Source of the DNA: Candidatus Spongiisociaceae bacterium | GTDB lineage: Bacteria; Actinomycetota; Acidimicrobiia; Spongiisociales; Spongiisociaceae | Length of the DNA: 64,000 bases | Reading direction: 5' to 3' | Assembly: GCA_965202665.1 (NCBI GenBank) | Contig: OZ241841.1 | Coordinates: forward strand, 1,280,001 to 1,344,000 | Shown here: positions 18,011 through 30,475 of the stretch, piece after piece | Position numbering within the stretch: position 1 is the stretch's first letter | How the letters are laid out: each line of letters starts with the position of its first letter | Made by a program: the position numbers and the translations under genes | The notes under the pieces: model-generated | Told to the model about the DNA's origin: nothing | The model's input: only the letters and a program-made list of their open reading frames with translations | Database searches by the model: none

Positions 18011-19341
18011 GCGAACCGCTGATCCTCACCTCCCGCATGAACGAACATCCCCGCACCAGCCACACCCGGGCCGTCTACGAGGAGACGGGCGGCTACCGGG
18101 CGTTGCGGACGGTGCTGGGCGGAAACGGGGACGGGCCGGGGATGACGCCAGAGGCGGTGACCGAAGAAGTAAAAACCTCCATGTTGCGGGGGCGGGGCGG
18201 GGCCGGGTTTCCGGCCGGGATGAAATGGAGTTTTCTGGCCCCCGCCCGGCCCTCCTATCTGGTGGTGAACGCCGACGAGTCGGAGCCGGGCACCTTCAAG
18301 GACCGCCAGTTGATGGAGCGGGACCCCCACCAGCTGGTGGAAGGGGTGATCATCGCCTCCTACGCCAACGAGGCGCATCACGCCTTCATCTACATCCGGG
18401 GCGAATACCCCAAGTCGGCCCGCCGGGTGCAGGCGGCGACGGACGAAGCCTACGCCGCCGGGTATCTGGGAGGGAACATCCTGGGGAGCGGATTCGACTT
18501 GGAGGTAACCGTTCATTTGGGGGCGGGGGCTTACATCTGCGGGGAGGAAACCGCCCTGCTCAACAGCTTGGAGGGGAAACGGGGCGAGCCCCGCCTGAAA
18601 CCCCCCTATTTTCCAGCCGCCAAAGGCCTTTACATGCAACCCACCATCGTCAACAACGTGGAAACCCTGTCCAACCTGCCCTGGATCATCAACAACGGAG
18701 GGGAGGCCTACGCGGCCATCGGCCCCCCCGACTCCCCCGGGCGGCGGATGTGCTCCGTTTCCGGGCATGTCAACCGGCCGGGCAACTACGAAATGACGGA
18801 AGGGATGACTTGGCGCCATCTCATTTATGAAACGGCGGGCGGCATCCGGAACGGGAACCGCCTGAAGGCGTGGGTGCCGGGCGGGGCCTCCGCCCCCTGG
18901 TTCGTGCCCGACCGTCATCTGGACACCGAAGTGACCAAGGCGGTGATCGACGCCCAAGGTTCCATGGTCGGGTCGGGGGCGGTGATCGTGATGGACCACA
19001 CCACCGACATGGTGGCGGCCGCGGAACGGCTGGTGCGGTTTTTCGCCCACGAGTCGTGCGGGCAGTGCACCCCCTGCCGGGAAGGGACCGTCTGGCTGGA
19101 CATGATCCTGCGTCGCATAATGGACGGGCAGGGGCGGCCGGCGGACGCCGACCTGCTGTACGACGTGTCGGACAACATCTCCCCCGGGGTGGCCTGGCCG
19201 CCCAAGATGACCACCATCTGCCCGTTGGGGCCGTCGGCGGTGTCGCCGGTGGATTCCCTCCTCAAATATTTCCGGGACGAAGTGGACGAATACCTGCGGG
19301 CGGCCAACCTGGTCCCGGTGGAAATCGGAGCGGCGGTATGA
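18007..19341 (+). CDS. nuoF: NADH-quinone oxidoreductase subunit F
   Basis: GRGGAGFPAG, NADESEPGTFKDR, GAGAYICGEETAL, ESCGQCTPCREG. Confidence 0.98.
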   Translation: MSEPLILTSRMNEHPRTSHTRAVYEETGGYRALRTVLGGNGDGPGMTPEAVTEEVKTSMLRGRGGAGFPAGMKWSFLAPARPSYLVVNADESEPGTFKDRQLMERDPHQLVEGVIIASYANEAHHAFIYIRGEYPKSARRVQAATDEAYAAGYLGGNILGSGFDLEVTVHLGAGAYICGEETALLNSLEGKRGEPRLKPPYFPAAKGLYMQPTIVNNVETLSNLPWIINNGGEAYAAIGPPDSPGRRMCSVSGHVNRPGNYEMTEGMTWRHLIYETAGGIRNGNRLKAWVPGGASAPWFVPDRHLDTEVTKAVIDAQGSMVGSGAVIVMDHTTDMVAAAERLVRFFAHESCGQCTPCREGTVWLDMILRRIMDGQGRPADADLLYDVSDNISPGVAWPPKMTTICPLGPSAVSPVDSLLKYFRDEVDEYLRAANLVPVEIGAAV

Positions 19342-21746
19342 GCGGAGACGGGCGGGAAATGGCTACGGTGGTCATCGACGGGCGGGAAGTGCGGGCCGCG
19401 GCCGGGGAGTTGCTGATCAAAGTGGCCGAAGAGAACGGGACCCACATTCCCCGCTTCTGCTGGCATCCCCGCATGAACCCGGTGGGGATGTGCCGCATGT
19501 GCCTGGTGGAAATCGACACCCCCCGCGGGCGGGCCCTCATCCCCTCCTGCATGCAACCGGTGTCGGACGGGATGGTGGCCCACACCCAGTCGGAAACGGC
19601 CCTGAAAGCCCAGGAGGGGGTGCTGGAGTTCCTGCTCATCAACCATCCGTTGGACTGCCCGGTGTGCGACAAAGGGGGGGAATGCCCGCTCCAGGATCAG
19701 ACCATGTCCTACGGGCCGGGGGAAAGCCGGTTCGTGGAGGAAAAACGGCACTTTGAGAAACCGATCCCCATCAGCGACCTGGTGCTGTTGGACCGGGAGC
19801 GGTGCATCCTGTGCGCCCGGTGCACCCGTTTTTCCGATGAGATTTCCGGCGACCCGCTCATCGAATTCCAAGGGCGGGGCTCGTACACCCAGGTGCTGAC
19901 CTTCCCCGACGAGCCGTTCAACTCCTACTTTTCGGGCAACACCGTGCAGATCTGCCCGGTGGGGGCCCTCACCGCCGTCCCCTACCGTTTCCGGGCCCGT
20001 CCCTGGGATTTGCGCATCGTGGAAAGCACCGGCGGCTTCCACGCCGAAGGCTCCCGGATAGCGGTGCACGCCTCCCAGAACCGGGTGTTGCGTTTTCTGG
20101 GGGTGGACAACGGGGCGGTGAACCAGGGTTGGCTGTCGGACAAGGAACGGTTCGGCTTCGAATACATCAACTCCCCCGACCGGTTGCGCACCCCCCTCAT
20201 CCGCAACCCCGACGGGGAACTGCGGGAGGCCGGCTGGGGGGAGGCCTTGGACTTGGCGGCGGAGCGCCTCGGCGAAGCCGGAGGACGGTCGGCGGCTTTG
20301 GGCGGGGCCCGGGGAACCAACGAGGACGCCTACGCCCTGTCCAAATTTATGCGGGAGGCGGTCGGCTCCCACAACCTGGACTGCCAGCTGGGAGACGGCT
20401 TGGAGCCGGGGTTTCTGGCCGGGACGGCCGGGAGGGGGCGGATCGACGATTTGGAGCGGGCGGGGGCGGTGTTGGCGTGGGGGCCGGACTTGAAAGAAAC
20501 CCATCCCATCCTCTACCTGCGGGCGCGGCGGGCCGCAACGGAGTTGGGCGCGCAGTTGGTGATCCTCCACCCCCGTCGCACCGGGTTGGATGATCGGGCG
20601 GCCCACAAGTTCGCCTACCGCCCCGGGCAGGGGGCGGAGATGCTGCAAGCCCTGCGGGCCGGGGAGGGGCCTTTGGCCGCCGCCCGCAACGCTCTGGAAG
20701 AGGGGCCTTTGCTGGCCCTGGTGGGGCGGTGCGGACTGGGGGAAGATCCCCGGTTGGCGGAAGGGGCGGCCGCTTTCGCCTTGGAGTTGGGGGGGACGGT
20801 TCTGCCTTTGGCGCACCGGGGCAACACTTTCGGAGCGCTGGACATGGGGGTGTCGCCCGGGCTCCTGCCGGGGCGGAGGGAGCTGGACGACCCTTCCGCG
20901 GCCGGGTGGGATGCGGCCGGGATGGCTCGGGCGGCGGCGGACGGGGAGTTGGAGGTCCTGTTGCTGATGGGGGCGGACCCGGTGCGGGATTTGGCGGGGG
21001 CGGACGGGGGGGCGCTGGTGGACGGAGCGGGCTTCGTCATCGCCCTGGATTTGTTCCTCACCGACTCCTCCCGCCGGGCGGACGTGGTTCTGCCGGCGGC
21101 CGCCTTCGCTGAAAAAGAGGGCTCCGTCACCAACCTGGAAGGACGGGTGCAGAAAGTCAACCGGCTGATTTCCGCCCCCGGCCAAGCCCAAGCCGACTGG
21201 TCCGTCTTAGACGACTTGGCCTCCCGCCTGGGACGGCCCCTGAGTTTGGAATCCCCGCAGGCCATTTCCGAAGAAATCACCGAAAAAGCCCCCGCCTACC
21301 GGGGGATAACCTGGTCCTACCTGGAAAAAGAAGCCAAGGAGGGGGCGGTGGTGCCGCTGGCGGAGGCCGACCAGCCCCTGCGCTACCAGCCCCGGCCCGC
21401 CCCTCCCCCCTCCCCCGCTCCCAACGGGGACCTCCCCGCCCTGCATCTGGCCCGCACCCTCTACGACGACGGAACGGCCATGCGCCACAGCCCCTCCCTG
21501 CATCCCCTGGCCCCCGGGACCGCCTGCCATATCCGTCCCGAACACGCCGCCGCCCTGGGGGCGGAGGAAGGAAGCCGGGTGGCGGTGCGGGCCGGTGAAA
21601 CGACGCTGGAAGCGCCCATCCGGCTGGACGACAGCTTGGCGGCGGGAACCGTCTACCTCCCGTTCAACCAGCCGGATGCGCCGCCGCTGGGAGCGGCGGC
21701 CGGGGCGGCGGCGGAGCTGACCCCGCTACCCGCCGGAGGGAAATAA
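19338..21746 (+). CDS. nuoG: NADH-quinone oxidoreductase subunit G
   Basis: IPRFCWH, CRMCLV, HPLDCPVCDKGGECPLQ, CILCARCTR, ICPVGAL; ATG at 19338. Confidence 0.97.
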   Translation: MSGDGREMATVVIDGREVRAAAGELLIKVAEENGTHIPRFCWHPRMNPVGMCRMCLVEIDTPRGRALIPSCMQPVSDGMVAHTQSETALKAQEGVLEFLLINHPLDCPVCDKGGECPLQDQTMSYGPGESRFVEEKRHFEKPIPISDLVLLDRERCILCARCTRFSDEISGDPLIEFQGRGSYTQVLTFPDEPFNSYFSGNTVQICPVGALTAVPYRFRARPWDLRIVESTGGFHAEGSRIAVHASQNRVLRFLGVDNGAVNQGWLSDKERFGFEYINSPDRLRTPLIRNPDGELREAGWGEALDLAAERLGEAGGRSAALGGARGTNEDAYALSKFMREAVGSHNLDCQLGDGLEPGFLAGTAGRGRIDDLERAGAVLAWGPDLKETHPILYLRARRAATELGAQLVILHPRRTGLDDRAAHKFAYRPGQGAEMLQALRAGEGPLAAARNALEEGPLLALVGRCGLGEDPRLAEGAAAFALELGGTVLPLAHRGNTFGALDMGVSPGLLPGRRELDDPSAAGWDAAGMARAAADGELEVLLLMGADPVRDLAGADGGALVDGAGFVIALDLFLTDSSRRADVVLPAAAFAEKEGSVTNLEGRVQKVNRLISAPGQAQADWSVLDDLASRLGRPLSLESPQAISEEITEKAPAYRGITWSYLEKEAKEGAVVPLAEADQPLRYQPRPAPPPSPAPNGDLPALHLARTLYDDGTAMRHSPSLHPLAPGTACHIRPEHAAALGAEEGSRVAVRAGETTLEAPIRLDDSLAAGTVYLPFNQPDAPPLGAAAGAAAELTPLPAGGK

Positions 21747-22831
21747 TGGACGGATGGGACTTGTTGCTCATCGCCCTCCGGGTGCTGGCGGTGTTCGCCC
21801 TTTTGATGGCGGTCCCCGTCCTGCTCATCTGGTTCGAGCGCAAAATCGTGGCCGACATGCAGAACCGGGTCGGGCCCGACCGGGCCGGACCGTGGGGAAT
21901 TTTGCAGACGGTGGCCGACGGCCTGAAACTGTTTTTCAAAGAACAGATCACCCCCCGCAAAGCGGAGTTGGGCCTCTACCTGGCCGCCCCCATGCTGGCC
22001 GCCGTTCCCGCCTTTCTGATGTTCATGGTGGTCCCCTTCGGACGCCCTTTCACCGTCACCCTGGGCGGAGTGGAACGCACCGTTCCCCTGCAAGGGGCGG
22101 ACCTGAACGTGGGTTTGCTGTTCGTGCTGGCCATGTCCTCCATCGCGGTGTACGCGGTGGTGCTGGCCGGCTGGGCCTCCGGCTCCAAATACCCGTTGCT
22201 GGGCGGGGTGCGGGCCACCGCCCAGGCCATCTCCTACGAGGCGGCCATGGGATTGTCGCTGGTGCCGGTGGTGTTGTACAGCGGGTCGTTGCGCATTTCC
22301 GAAATCGTGGAAAGCCAGCGGCAAACCCTCACTTTCCTGGACTGGGGAATCGGCCTCCCGGCGTGGAACGGGATCATCCTCGCTCCCTCCTTCGTCATCT
22401 TTTTCATCGCGGCCGTGGCCGAAACCAACCGGGCCCCCTTCGATTTGGTGGAAGCGGAGCAGGAAATCGTCGGCGGATTCCACACCGAATATTCCGGGTT
22501 GCGCTTCGCCCTGTTTTTCCTGGCCGAATACATAAACATTTTCACGATGTCCGCCTTGGCGGTCACCCTGTTTCTGGGCGGCTGGTCGGGTCCGACTTGG
22601 GACGGCGCCCTGCCCGCTTTCGTCAGCGGCGTCCTCCCCACCGTCTGGTTCCTTCTCAAAACACTCGTTTTCCTGTTCCTGTACGTGTGGTTGCGGGCCA
22701 CTTTGCCCCGCCTGCGCTACGACCAACTGATGACCTTGGGGTGGAAGCGCCTCATACCCGCCTCCCTGGTCTGGATCGTGTGCGTGGGCGGCGCGCTGTC
22801 GGTGCGCGAGTTCGGTCTTCCTTGGAGTTGA
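21746..22831 (+). CDS. nuoH: NADH-quinone oxidoreductase subunit H
   Basis: [49 protein letters not shown]. Confidence 0.98.
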   Translation: MDGWDLLLIALRVLAVFALLMAVPVLLIWFERKIVADMQNRVGPDRAGPWGILQTVADGLKLFFKEQITPRKAELGLYLAAPMLAAVPAFLMFMVVPFGRPFTVTLGGVERTVPLQGADLNVGLLFVLAMSSIAVYAVVLAGWASGSKYPLLGGVRATAQAISYEAAMGLSLVPVVLYSGSLRISEIVESQRQTLTFLDWGIGLPAWNGIILAPSFVIFFIAAVAETNRAPFDLVEAEQEIVGGFHTEYSGLRFALFFLAEYINIFTMSALAVTLFLGGWSGPTWDGALPAFVSGVLPTVWFLLKTLVFLFLYVWLRATLPRLRYDQLMTLGWKRLIPASLVWIVCVGGALSVREFGLPWS

Positions 22832-22832
22832 A

Positions 22833-23474
22833 ATGGATCCGATAAGAGCGTTCCTGAAAGGCATGGCCGTCACTTGGCGGCAGTTTGTCTCCACTATGGT
22901 CGGCAAAGGGCTGGTCACTACCAAATACCCGCAGGAGATGCGGGAAAAACCGCAACGTTTCCACGGCCGCCACGTCCTGAACCGTTACGAAGACGGCATG
23001 GAAAAATGCATCGGGTGCGAGCTGTGCGCCGGGGCTTGTCCGGCCCGATGCATCTACGTGCGGGGGGCCGACAATCCCGAAGAGGAGCCCGTCAGCCCCG
23101 GGGAACGTTACGGGTTCATCTACGAAATCAACATGTTGCGCTGCATTTTCTGCGGCTTGTGCGTAGAGGCCTGCCCCACCGAGGCCATCACCCACACCCA
23201 GCTGTTCGAAATGTCCTCCTCCAACCGGGCGGACGCCATCTACACCAAAACGGAGCTGCTGGTGGAGCAAGACGGCTCCCCCGCCCATATGTTCGACTCC
23301 GACCCTTACGCCGACCTGGGGGAACTGAACAAGGCCGACGGGTGGCTGCGGGCCACCTCCCCGCAGGGGCGGGCCGCCTACGAAGGGGTGGTCGGCTGGA
23401 CCGGCTCGGCCGGGACCGGAGTGCGCCCCCCGGAACGGGGGCAGTCGGAGGAGGAGACGGGGCCCGATGGTTGA
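22833..23474 (+). CDS. nuoI: NADH-quinone oxidoreductase subunit I
   Basis: [12 protein letters not shown] and [18 protein letters not shown]. Confidence 0.98.
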   Translation: MDPIRAFLKGMAVTWRQFVSTMVGKGLVTTKYPQEMREKPQRFHGRHVLNRYEDGMEKCIGCELCAGACPARCIYVRGADNPEEEPVSPGERYGFIYEINMLRCIFCGLCVEACPTEAITHTQLFEMSSSNRADAIYTKTELLVEQDGSPAHMFDSDPYADLGELNKADGWLRATSPQGRAAYEGVVGWTGSAGTGVRPPERGQSEEETGPDG

Positions 23475-24063
23475 ACTGGTCATTTTCATCCTGATGGGGG
23501 CGGCGGCCTTGGCGGGAGCGCTGGCGGTGGTTTTGGGACGCAACCCGGTATACGGGGCCATCGGGCTGATGGCCACCCTGTTCGCCTTGGCCGTGTTCTA
23601 CGTGGTGCATCTGGCCCATTTCGTAGCCGCGGTGCAGGTCATCGTATACGCCGGGGCGGTGATCACCCTTTTCCTGTTCGTGATCATGTTCATCGGGGTG
23701 GACCGGATGGATCGAATGAAAGAGAAACTGGCCTTCCAGCGGCCGCTGGCTCTGATAGTGGTGGTCGGGGCGGTGGTAGCGGCCGGGATACTGGTGGTGA
23801 CCGGCCGCTTCGACTGGGTGATAACCGACGGGGCCCCCGCCCCGGCCGTGACCGGATCCATCGAGGAAATCGGGTCCAACCTGATCAGCGTCCCCGCCCC
23901 GGACGGCGGGCGTACCGCCTCCCCCTGGCTTCTGGCCTTCGAAGCCACCTCCGCCCTGCTGGTGGTGGCGGCGGTGGGGGCCATCGCCCTGGCCTTCCAC
24001 CGGGCCCGGCCCGGGGACAAACCCGGAGAAGAATCCCCCCCGTCGCCGGAGGAGGGCCGATGA
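23467..24063 (+). CDS. nuoJ: NADH-quinone oxidoreductase subunit J
   Basis: [24 protein letters not shown]. Confidence 0.96.
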   Translation: MVELVIFILMGAAALAGALAVVLGRNPVYGAIGLMATLFALAVFYVVHLAHFVAAVQVIVYAGAVITLFLFVIMFIGVDRMDRMKEKLAFQRPLALIVVVGAVVAAGILVVTGRFDWVITDGAPAPAVTGSIEEIGSNLISVPAPDGGRTASPWLLAFEATSALLVVAAVGAIALAFHRARPGDKPGEESPPSPEEGR

Positions 24064-24365
24064 TCGTCACCGCCGGCTGGTACATGACCCTGGCCGCGGC
24101 CCTGTTTCTCATCGGGACTTTGGGACTTCTGCTCCGCAACAACGCCCTGGTGATGTTCATGTCCATAGAACTGATGCTGAATGCGGTCAACCTGACTTTC
24201 GTGGCCGCCGCCCGGGCGCACGGGCTGATCGACGGGCAGATGGCGGTGCTGTTCGTGTTGGTGGTGGCGGCGGCGGAAGTGGCGGTGGGGCTGGCCATCA
24301 TCGTTTCCGTTTTCCGCACCCGGCGCACCGCCTCGGTGGATGACTTGGCGGAGCTGGCCGGATGA
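24060..24365 (+). CDS. nuoK: NADH-quinone oxidoreductase subunit K
   Basis: [24 protein letters not shown]. Confidence 0.97.
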   Translation: MIVTAGWYMTLAAALFLIGTLGLLLRNNALVMFMSIELMLNAVNLTFVAAARAHGLIDGQMAVLFVLVVAAAEVAVGLAIIVSVFRTRRTASVDDLAELAG

Positions 24366-26265
24366 CCGCCAACCTGTGGGCGGTGATCGCCCTGCCTTTA
24401 GCCGGGGCGGCGGTCAACCATTTCTTCGGACGGCGGATGGGAGGACGGCGGGCCTGCGGCCTGGCCATCCTGGCGGTGGGGGCCTCCTTCGCCTACGCGG
24501 CGGCGGCCGCCCTGCCTTTCCTGGCCGGCGGGGAGAAAGCCGAAGAAGCGGCGGCGGTCGTCCCCCTGTTCGACTGGATACCGAGCTTGGGGGCGGCGGC
24601 GGAACTGCTGTGGGATCCGCTGGCGGCGGTAATGACCCTGGTGGTTACCGGGGTGGGGTCGCTCATCCACATCTACGCGGCGGGCTACATGCGCGACGAC
24701 CCGCGCCTGGCCCGCTTCTTCACCTACCTGAACCTGTTCATCGCCTCCATGTTGATCTTGGTTTTAGCCAACAACTTTGCGGTCCTGTTCGTGGGATGGG
24801 AGTTGGTCGGACTGTGCTCCTATCTGCTCATTTCCTTCTGGTACGTCCGACCGGCGGCGGCGGCCGCCGCCCGCAAAGCCTTCGTGGTCAACCGGATAGG
24901 GGACTTCGGTTTCATGATCGCCCTCATGCTGATCTTCGCCTCCTTCGGAACCCTCTCCTATTCGACGGTCCTGAACGGCCCCGGGGAGGTGATCGGCTCC
25001 TCCACCGCCGCCGCCATCGGGCTGCTGCTGTTAGTGGGGGCGGCGGGCAAGTCGGCCCAAGTCCCTCTTTACGTGTGGTTGCCGGACGCCATGGAAGGCC
25101 CCACCCCGGTTTCGGCCCTCATCCACGCCGCCACCATGGTCACCGCCGGGGTGTACATGGTGGCCCGCACCGGGGCCCTCTACGGCCTGAGCGACCTGGC
25201 CGGGGGGATGGTGGCCGCGGCGGGGGCGGCCACCGCCTTGTTGGCGGCCACCATCGCCCTCGCCCAGCGGGACATCAAACGGGTGCTGGCTTATTCCACC
25301 ATAAGCCAATTGGGGTACATGTTCATGGCGGTGGGGGCGGCCGGTTACACGGCCGGCCTGTTCCACCTGGTCACGCACGCCGTGTTCAAAGCCCTGCTCT
25401 TTTTAGGGGCCGGCTCGGTCATCCACGCCATGGGCGGCGAGCAGGACATGAACCGGATGGGCGGCCTGGCCAAAAAGACGCCGGTCACCCATTTCACGAT
25501 GGTCGTCGCCACCCTGGCCATCGCCGGAGTTCCGCCCCTGGCCGGGTTCTGGTCCAAAGATGAAATCCTGGCGGTGCTGTTCGAATCGGGCGGATATTTT
25601 ATGGCTTTGTGGGCGGTGGGGGTGGCCACCGCCCTGCTCACCGCCTTCTACATGGGCCGCCAGTACTTCCTGGTGTTCTGGGGGAAGCCCCGCTGGCCGG
25701 ACGGGGTTCATCCCCACGAATCCCCCCGGGTGATGACCGTCCCGTTGCTGATCTTGGCGGCGGCCACCATCGGCATCGGTTTCATCAACACCCCCTTCCG
25801 CCTGGCCTTCGAGCATTTTTTGGAGCCGGCCTTTCACGGGGTAAAACAGGCCCACGCCCCGGAAAGCGGAATGTTGCTGGCCGCCCTGGCCCTGATTTCC
25901 ATCGCGGCCGGGCTGGCCGGGATCGCCATCGCCTTCCTGCTCTACGGGCGGGCCTCCGAGGAAAACCGAGAGCGGTTGCTGGCCCGCCTGCGCCGCCCGC
26001 TGACCGCCATGGAACACGGCTACTGGGTGGACGACATGTACGGGCGGTTGGCGGTGATACCCGGGCGGCGCCTGGCCGAATGGACCGCCCGGGTGGCGGA
26101 ACAGCGAATAATCGACGGAGCGGTAAACGGGACGGGGGCCCTGGTTAGGCGCCTGGGCAAGCGGTTGCGCCCGGTGCAGTCCGGCTACGTGCGGGCCTAC
26201 GGGGTTGTGCTGGCCGCCGGAACGGTGGCGGTGATGATCTGGATCGTGTTTCGGGGGCTGTGGTA

Positions 26266-26266
<1 letters not shown>
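24362..26266 (+). CDS. nuoL: NADH-quinone oxidoreductase subunit L
   Basis: [59 protein letters not shown]. Confidence 0.98.
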
Positions 26267-27797
<1,531 letters not shown>

Positions 27798-27798
<1 letters not shown>

Positions 27799-29252
27799 TG
27801 GACGTTTCCTACCTGGCCGTCGCCCCGGAAATTTTGCTGTTGGCGGGGGCCGTTTTGGCGTTGATGATGGACGTCTTCTTCCGCCCGGGGGCCCGCGGGC
27901 ACGCCTGTCTGATCGCCTTCTGCTACCTGGCGGCGGCCGGGGCGGTGGCCGGGCAGTGGCGGCGGGTAGCCGCGGACGGCGGCTCCCTGTCCTTCGGGGA
28001 AACGGTTTTGCTGTCCCAACACACGGTCGCCCTGCGGGGAATACTGCTGGCGGCCGCCGTCCTGGGGACCCTGGCCGCGTGGCCGATGCTGGCCGGATTG
28101 GGACGGCGCACCGCCGAAGGGGCGTCCCTGGCTTTGACGGCGACCGCCGGGTTTATGCTGATGTCCTCCTCCGTCAACCTGGTTCTCCTGTTCGTGGCCT
28201 TGGAAATCGGCTCCATCGCCCTGTACGTGCTGACCGGCATCGTGCGCAACTCCATCGCCGGCGACGAGGCGGCGGTCAAATATTTTCTGCTGGGGGCGTT
28301 CGCCTCCGCCATTTTCATCTACGGGGCGGCCCTGGTGTTCGCCGGAACCGGGGAGATGGGCTTGCCCGGCATCTCCGCTTTTCTAGGTTCCACGGTGGTG
28401 TTGCGTCCGGCGGTGATCCTGATCGGAACGGGGCTGCTGGTGGTGGGAATGTGCTTCAAAGTGACCGCCGCCCCCTTCCACTCTTGGGCCCCCGATGTCT
28501 ATCAGGGGGCCCCGGCCGGGGCGGTGGGGTTTATGGCCTCCGTCGCCAAAGTGGCCGGGTTCGCCGCCCTGCTCAACATTCTGTTCCTCGGCTTCTCCCC
28601 CCAACCGGGGCATTGGCTGCCGGAGGCGTGGGCGGACGGGCTGGCGGTCCTGGCCGCGGCCTCGGTGGCGGTCGGAACCCTGCTGGCCATCGTGCAAAGC
28701 GACGTGCGGCGCATGCTGGCCTATTCGGGGGTGGCCCACGCCGGTTTCATCCTCACCGGGATGGCCGCCGGGACGGCGGGGACGACCGGGGTGATCTTCT
28801 ACCTGGCCGCCTATTCGGTGATGGTGGTGGGGGCGTTTGCGGCGGTGTCGGTGGTGAGCGGCGACCCGGCGCAGGGACCGTCCGCCGACACTTTCGACTT
28901 CTACCGGGGACTGGGGCGCCGCTCCCCCTGGGTGGCGGCCAGCCTGTCCCTGCTGTTGATAGGGATGTCGGGGATGCCCCTCACCTCCGGCTTCATCGGC
29001 AAATTTGAGGTGTTCCGCCTCGCCTGGAACGGCGGGTTCCGGTGGCTGGTGATCGTCGGGTTGCTGGCTTCGGCGGCCGCTTTCTTCTACTACCTGCGAC
29101 TCATCGTCCTCATGTATTTCCAGTCCGAAGAGGACGGCCCCGCCGAGTCGCCCGCCGCCCCGGCTTCAGTGCGGTGGGCCCTGGGGGCGTGCAGCGCGGT
29201 CACGATCGGGTTGGGGGTTTTCCCCGGCCCGTTGCTTGAGTTGCTAAGTTGA
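27798..29252 (+). CDS. nuoN: NADH-quinone oxidoreductase subunit N
   Basis: EAAVKYFLLG, FKVTAAPFHSWAPDVYQGAP, RMLAYSGVAH, GFIGKF. Confidence 0.98.
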
Positions 29253-30475
29253 ACGAACCGGGCCGGGGTGCGGGAACCGGGGGCCGGGGGCGGGGGCTGA
29301 CGGCGGGGGCGGCCCTTCTTCTAGCGGTAGTCGGGTGGGCGGGGGCGGCGGACGGAGCGGCGGGGGCGGAACGGCTGGCCTCCCGGGCGGCCGCCGACGT
29401 GGTGCTGGTGGCGGAGGGCGACGTAGTAGCCGACGACCTCTACGCGGCCGGGCAGGTGATCACCATCAACGGGCTGGTGGAAGGCGACCTGTTTTTCTGG
29501 GCGGCCGATCGGCTGGAAATCAACGGCGAAGTCACCGGAAACGTGACCGGGGCGGCGGGGACGATGCGCATCAACGGACGGGTGGGCGGATCGGTGCGGG
29601 TGGTGGGCTGGGACCTGGCGGCGGGCGGGTCGGTGGGACGGGACCTGTTCGGCATCGGATGGCGGGTGGCGGTCGACGGGGCGATCGGACGGGATGTTCT
29701 GGCCTGGACCCGCAACTTGGCGGCGGGCGGGTCGGTGGGACGCGACATCGCCGGCCAGGCGCGGGGGACGGCCCTGTTGTCCGGGAGGGTGGGGCGGGAT
29801 GTGGACATGACCGTGAACCGGTTGCGGGTGGCGGACGGGGCCGACATCGCCGAAGACCTGGTGTACCGCAGCCCCCGCTCAGCGACAGTTTCCGAACAGG
29901 CGACGGTGGGGGGCAACCTGATCCGGCGCCCTCCGTTGGTCCCCAACCTGAGCGTGGGAGCGGCCAGCACCGCCCTGACCATCGCCATATGGCTGTTCTA
30001 TATGATTGTCGGACTGCTGGTCATCAGAATCCCCGGCTACGGGCAGGCGGCCCAACGAGTGCGCGCCCGCCCCTGGTTCTCGCTGGGCTGGGGGGCGGTG
30101 ATGTTGCTGGGGCTGCCTTTGCTGTTCGCCCTGGCCCTGTGGGTGGTAATCGTTTTCGCCGGCTGGAATTTGTGGATTGCGCTGGGGGCGGCCCTGGTGG
30201 GGGCCATCTTGGTTGCGGTACTGGGAATAGCGGCCGGGCTGTGCTCCATTCCGGCCCTGATCGCAACCGGGCGTTGGTTGTCCCGGGGGCGGCTGAGCCC
30301 CTACGGGGCCTTTGCGCTGGTCGCCGGCGCGGTCGGGCTGTCGCTACTTCTTGCCCCCTTCTACATCGGCCAGGCCCTGTTGGGGGCGGCCGCCCTCTTC
30401 GGGGCGGGGGCGGCGTTCGGGGAGCCGCGGAAAAACTCCCGCCTTACTCGCTCTCCACCAGGTAATACATGTTGA
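29249..30475 (+). CDS. Membrane protein with exported bactofilin-like beta-helical repeats and a C-terminal multi-TM domain
   Basis: Signal-like N-terminus; repeated ~15-aa units (INGLVEGDL, INGEVTGNV, GSVGRDL, GAIGRDV); about 5 C-terminal TMs; overlaps the nuoN stop. Confidence 0.75.
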   Translation: MNEPGRGAGTGGRGRGLTAGAALLLAVVGWAGAADGAAGAERLASRAAADVVLVAEGDVVADDLYAAGQVITINGLVEGDLFFWAADRLEINGEVTGNVTGAAGTMRINGRVGGSVRVVGWDLAAGGSVGRDLFGIGWRVAVDGAIGRDVLAWTRNLAAGGSVGRDIAGQARGTALLSGRVGRDVDMTVNRLRVADGADIAEDLVYRSPRSATVSEQATVGGNLIRRPPLVPNLSVGAASTALTIAIWLFYMIVGLLVIRIPGYGQAAQRVRARPWFSLGWGAVMLLGLPLLFALALWVVIVFAGWNLWIALGAALVGAILVAVLGIAAGLCSIPALIATGRWLSRGRLSPYGAFALVAGAVGLSLLLAPFYIGQALLGAAALFGAGAAFGEPRKNSRLTRSPPGNTC

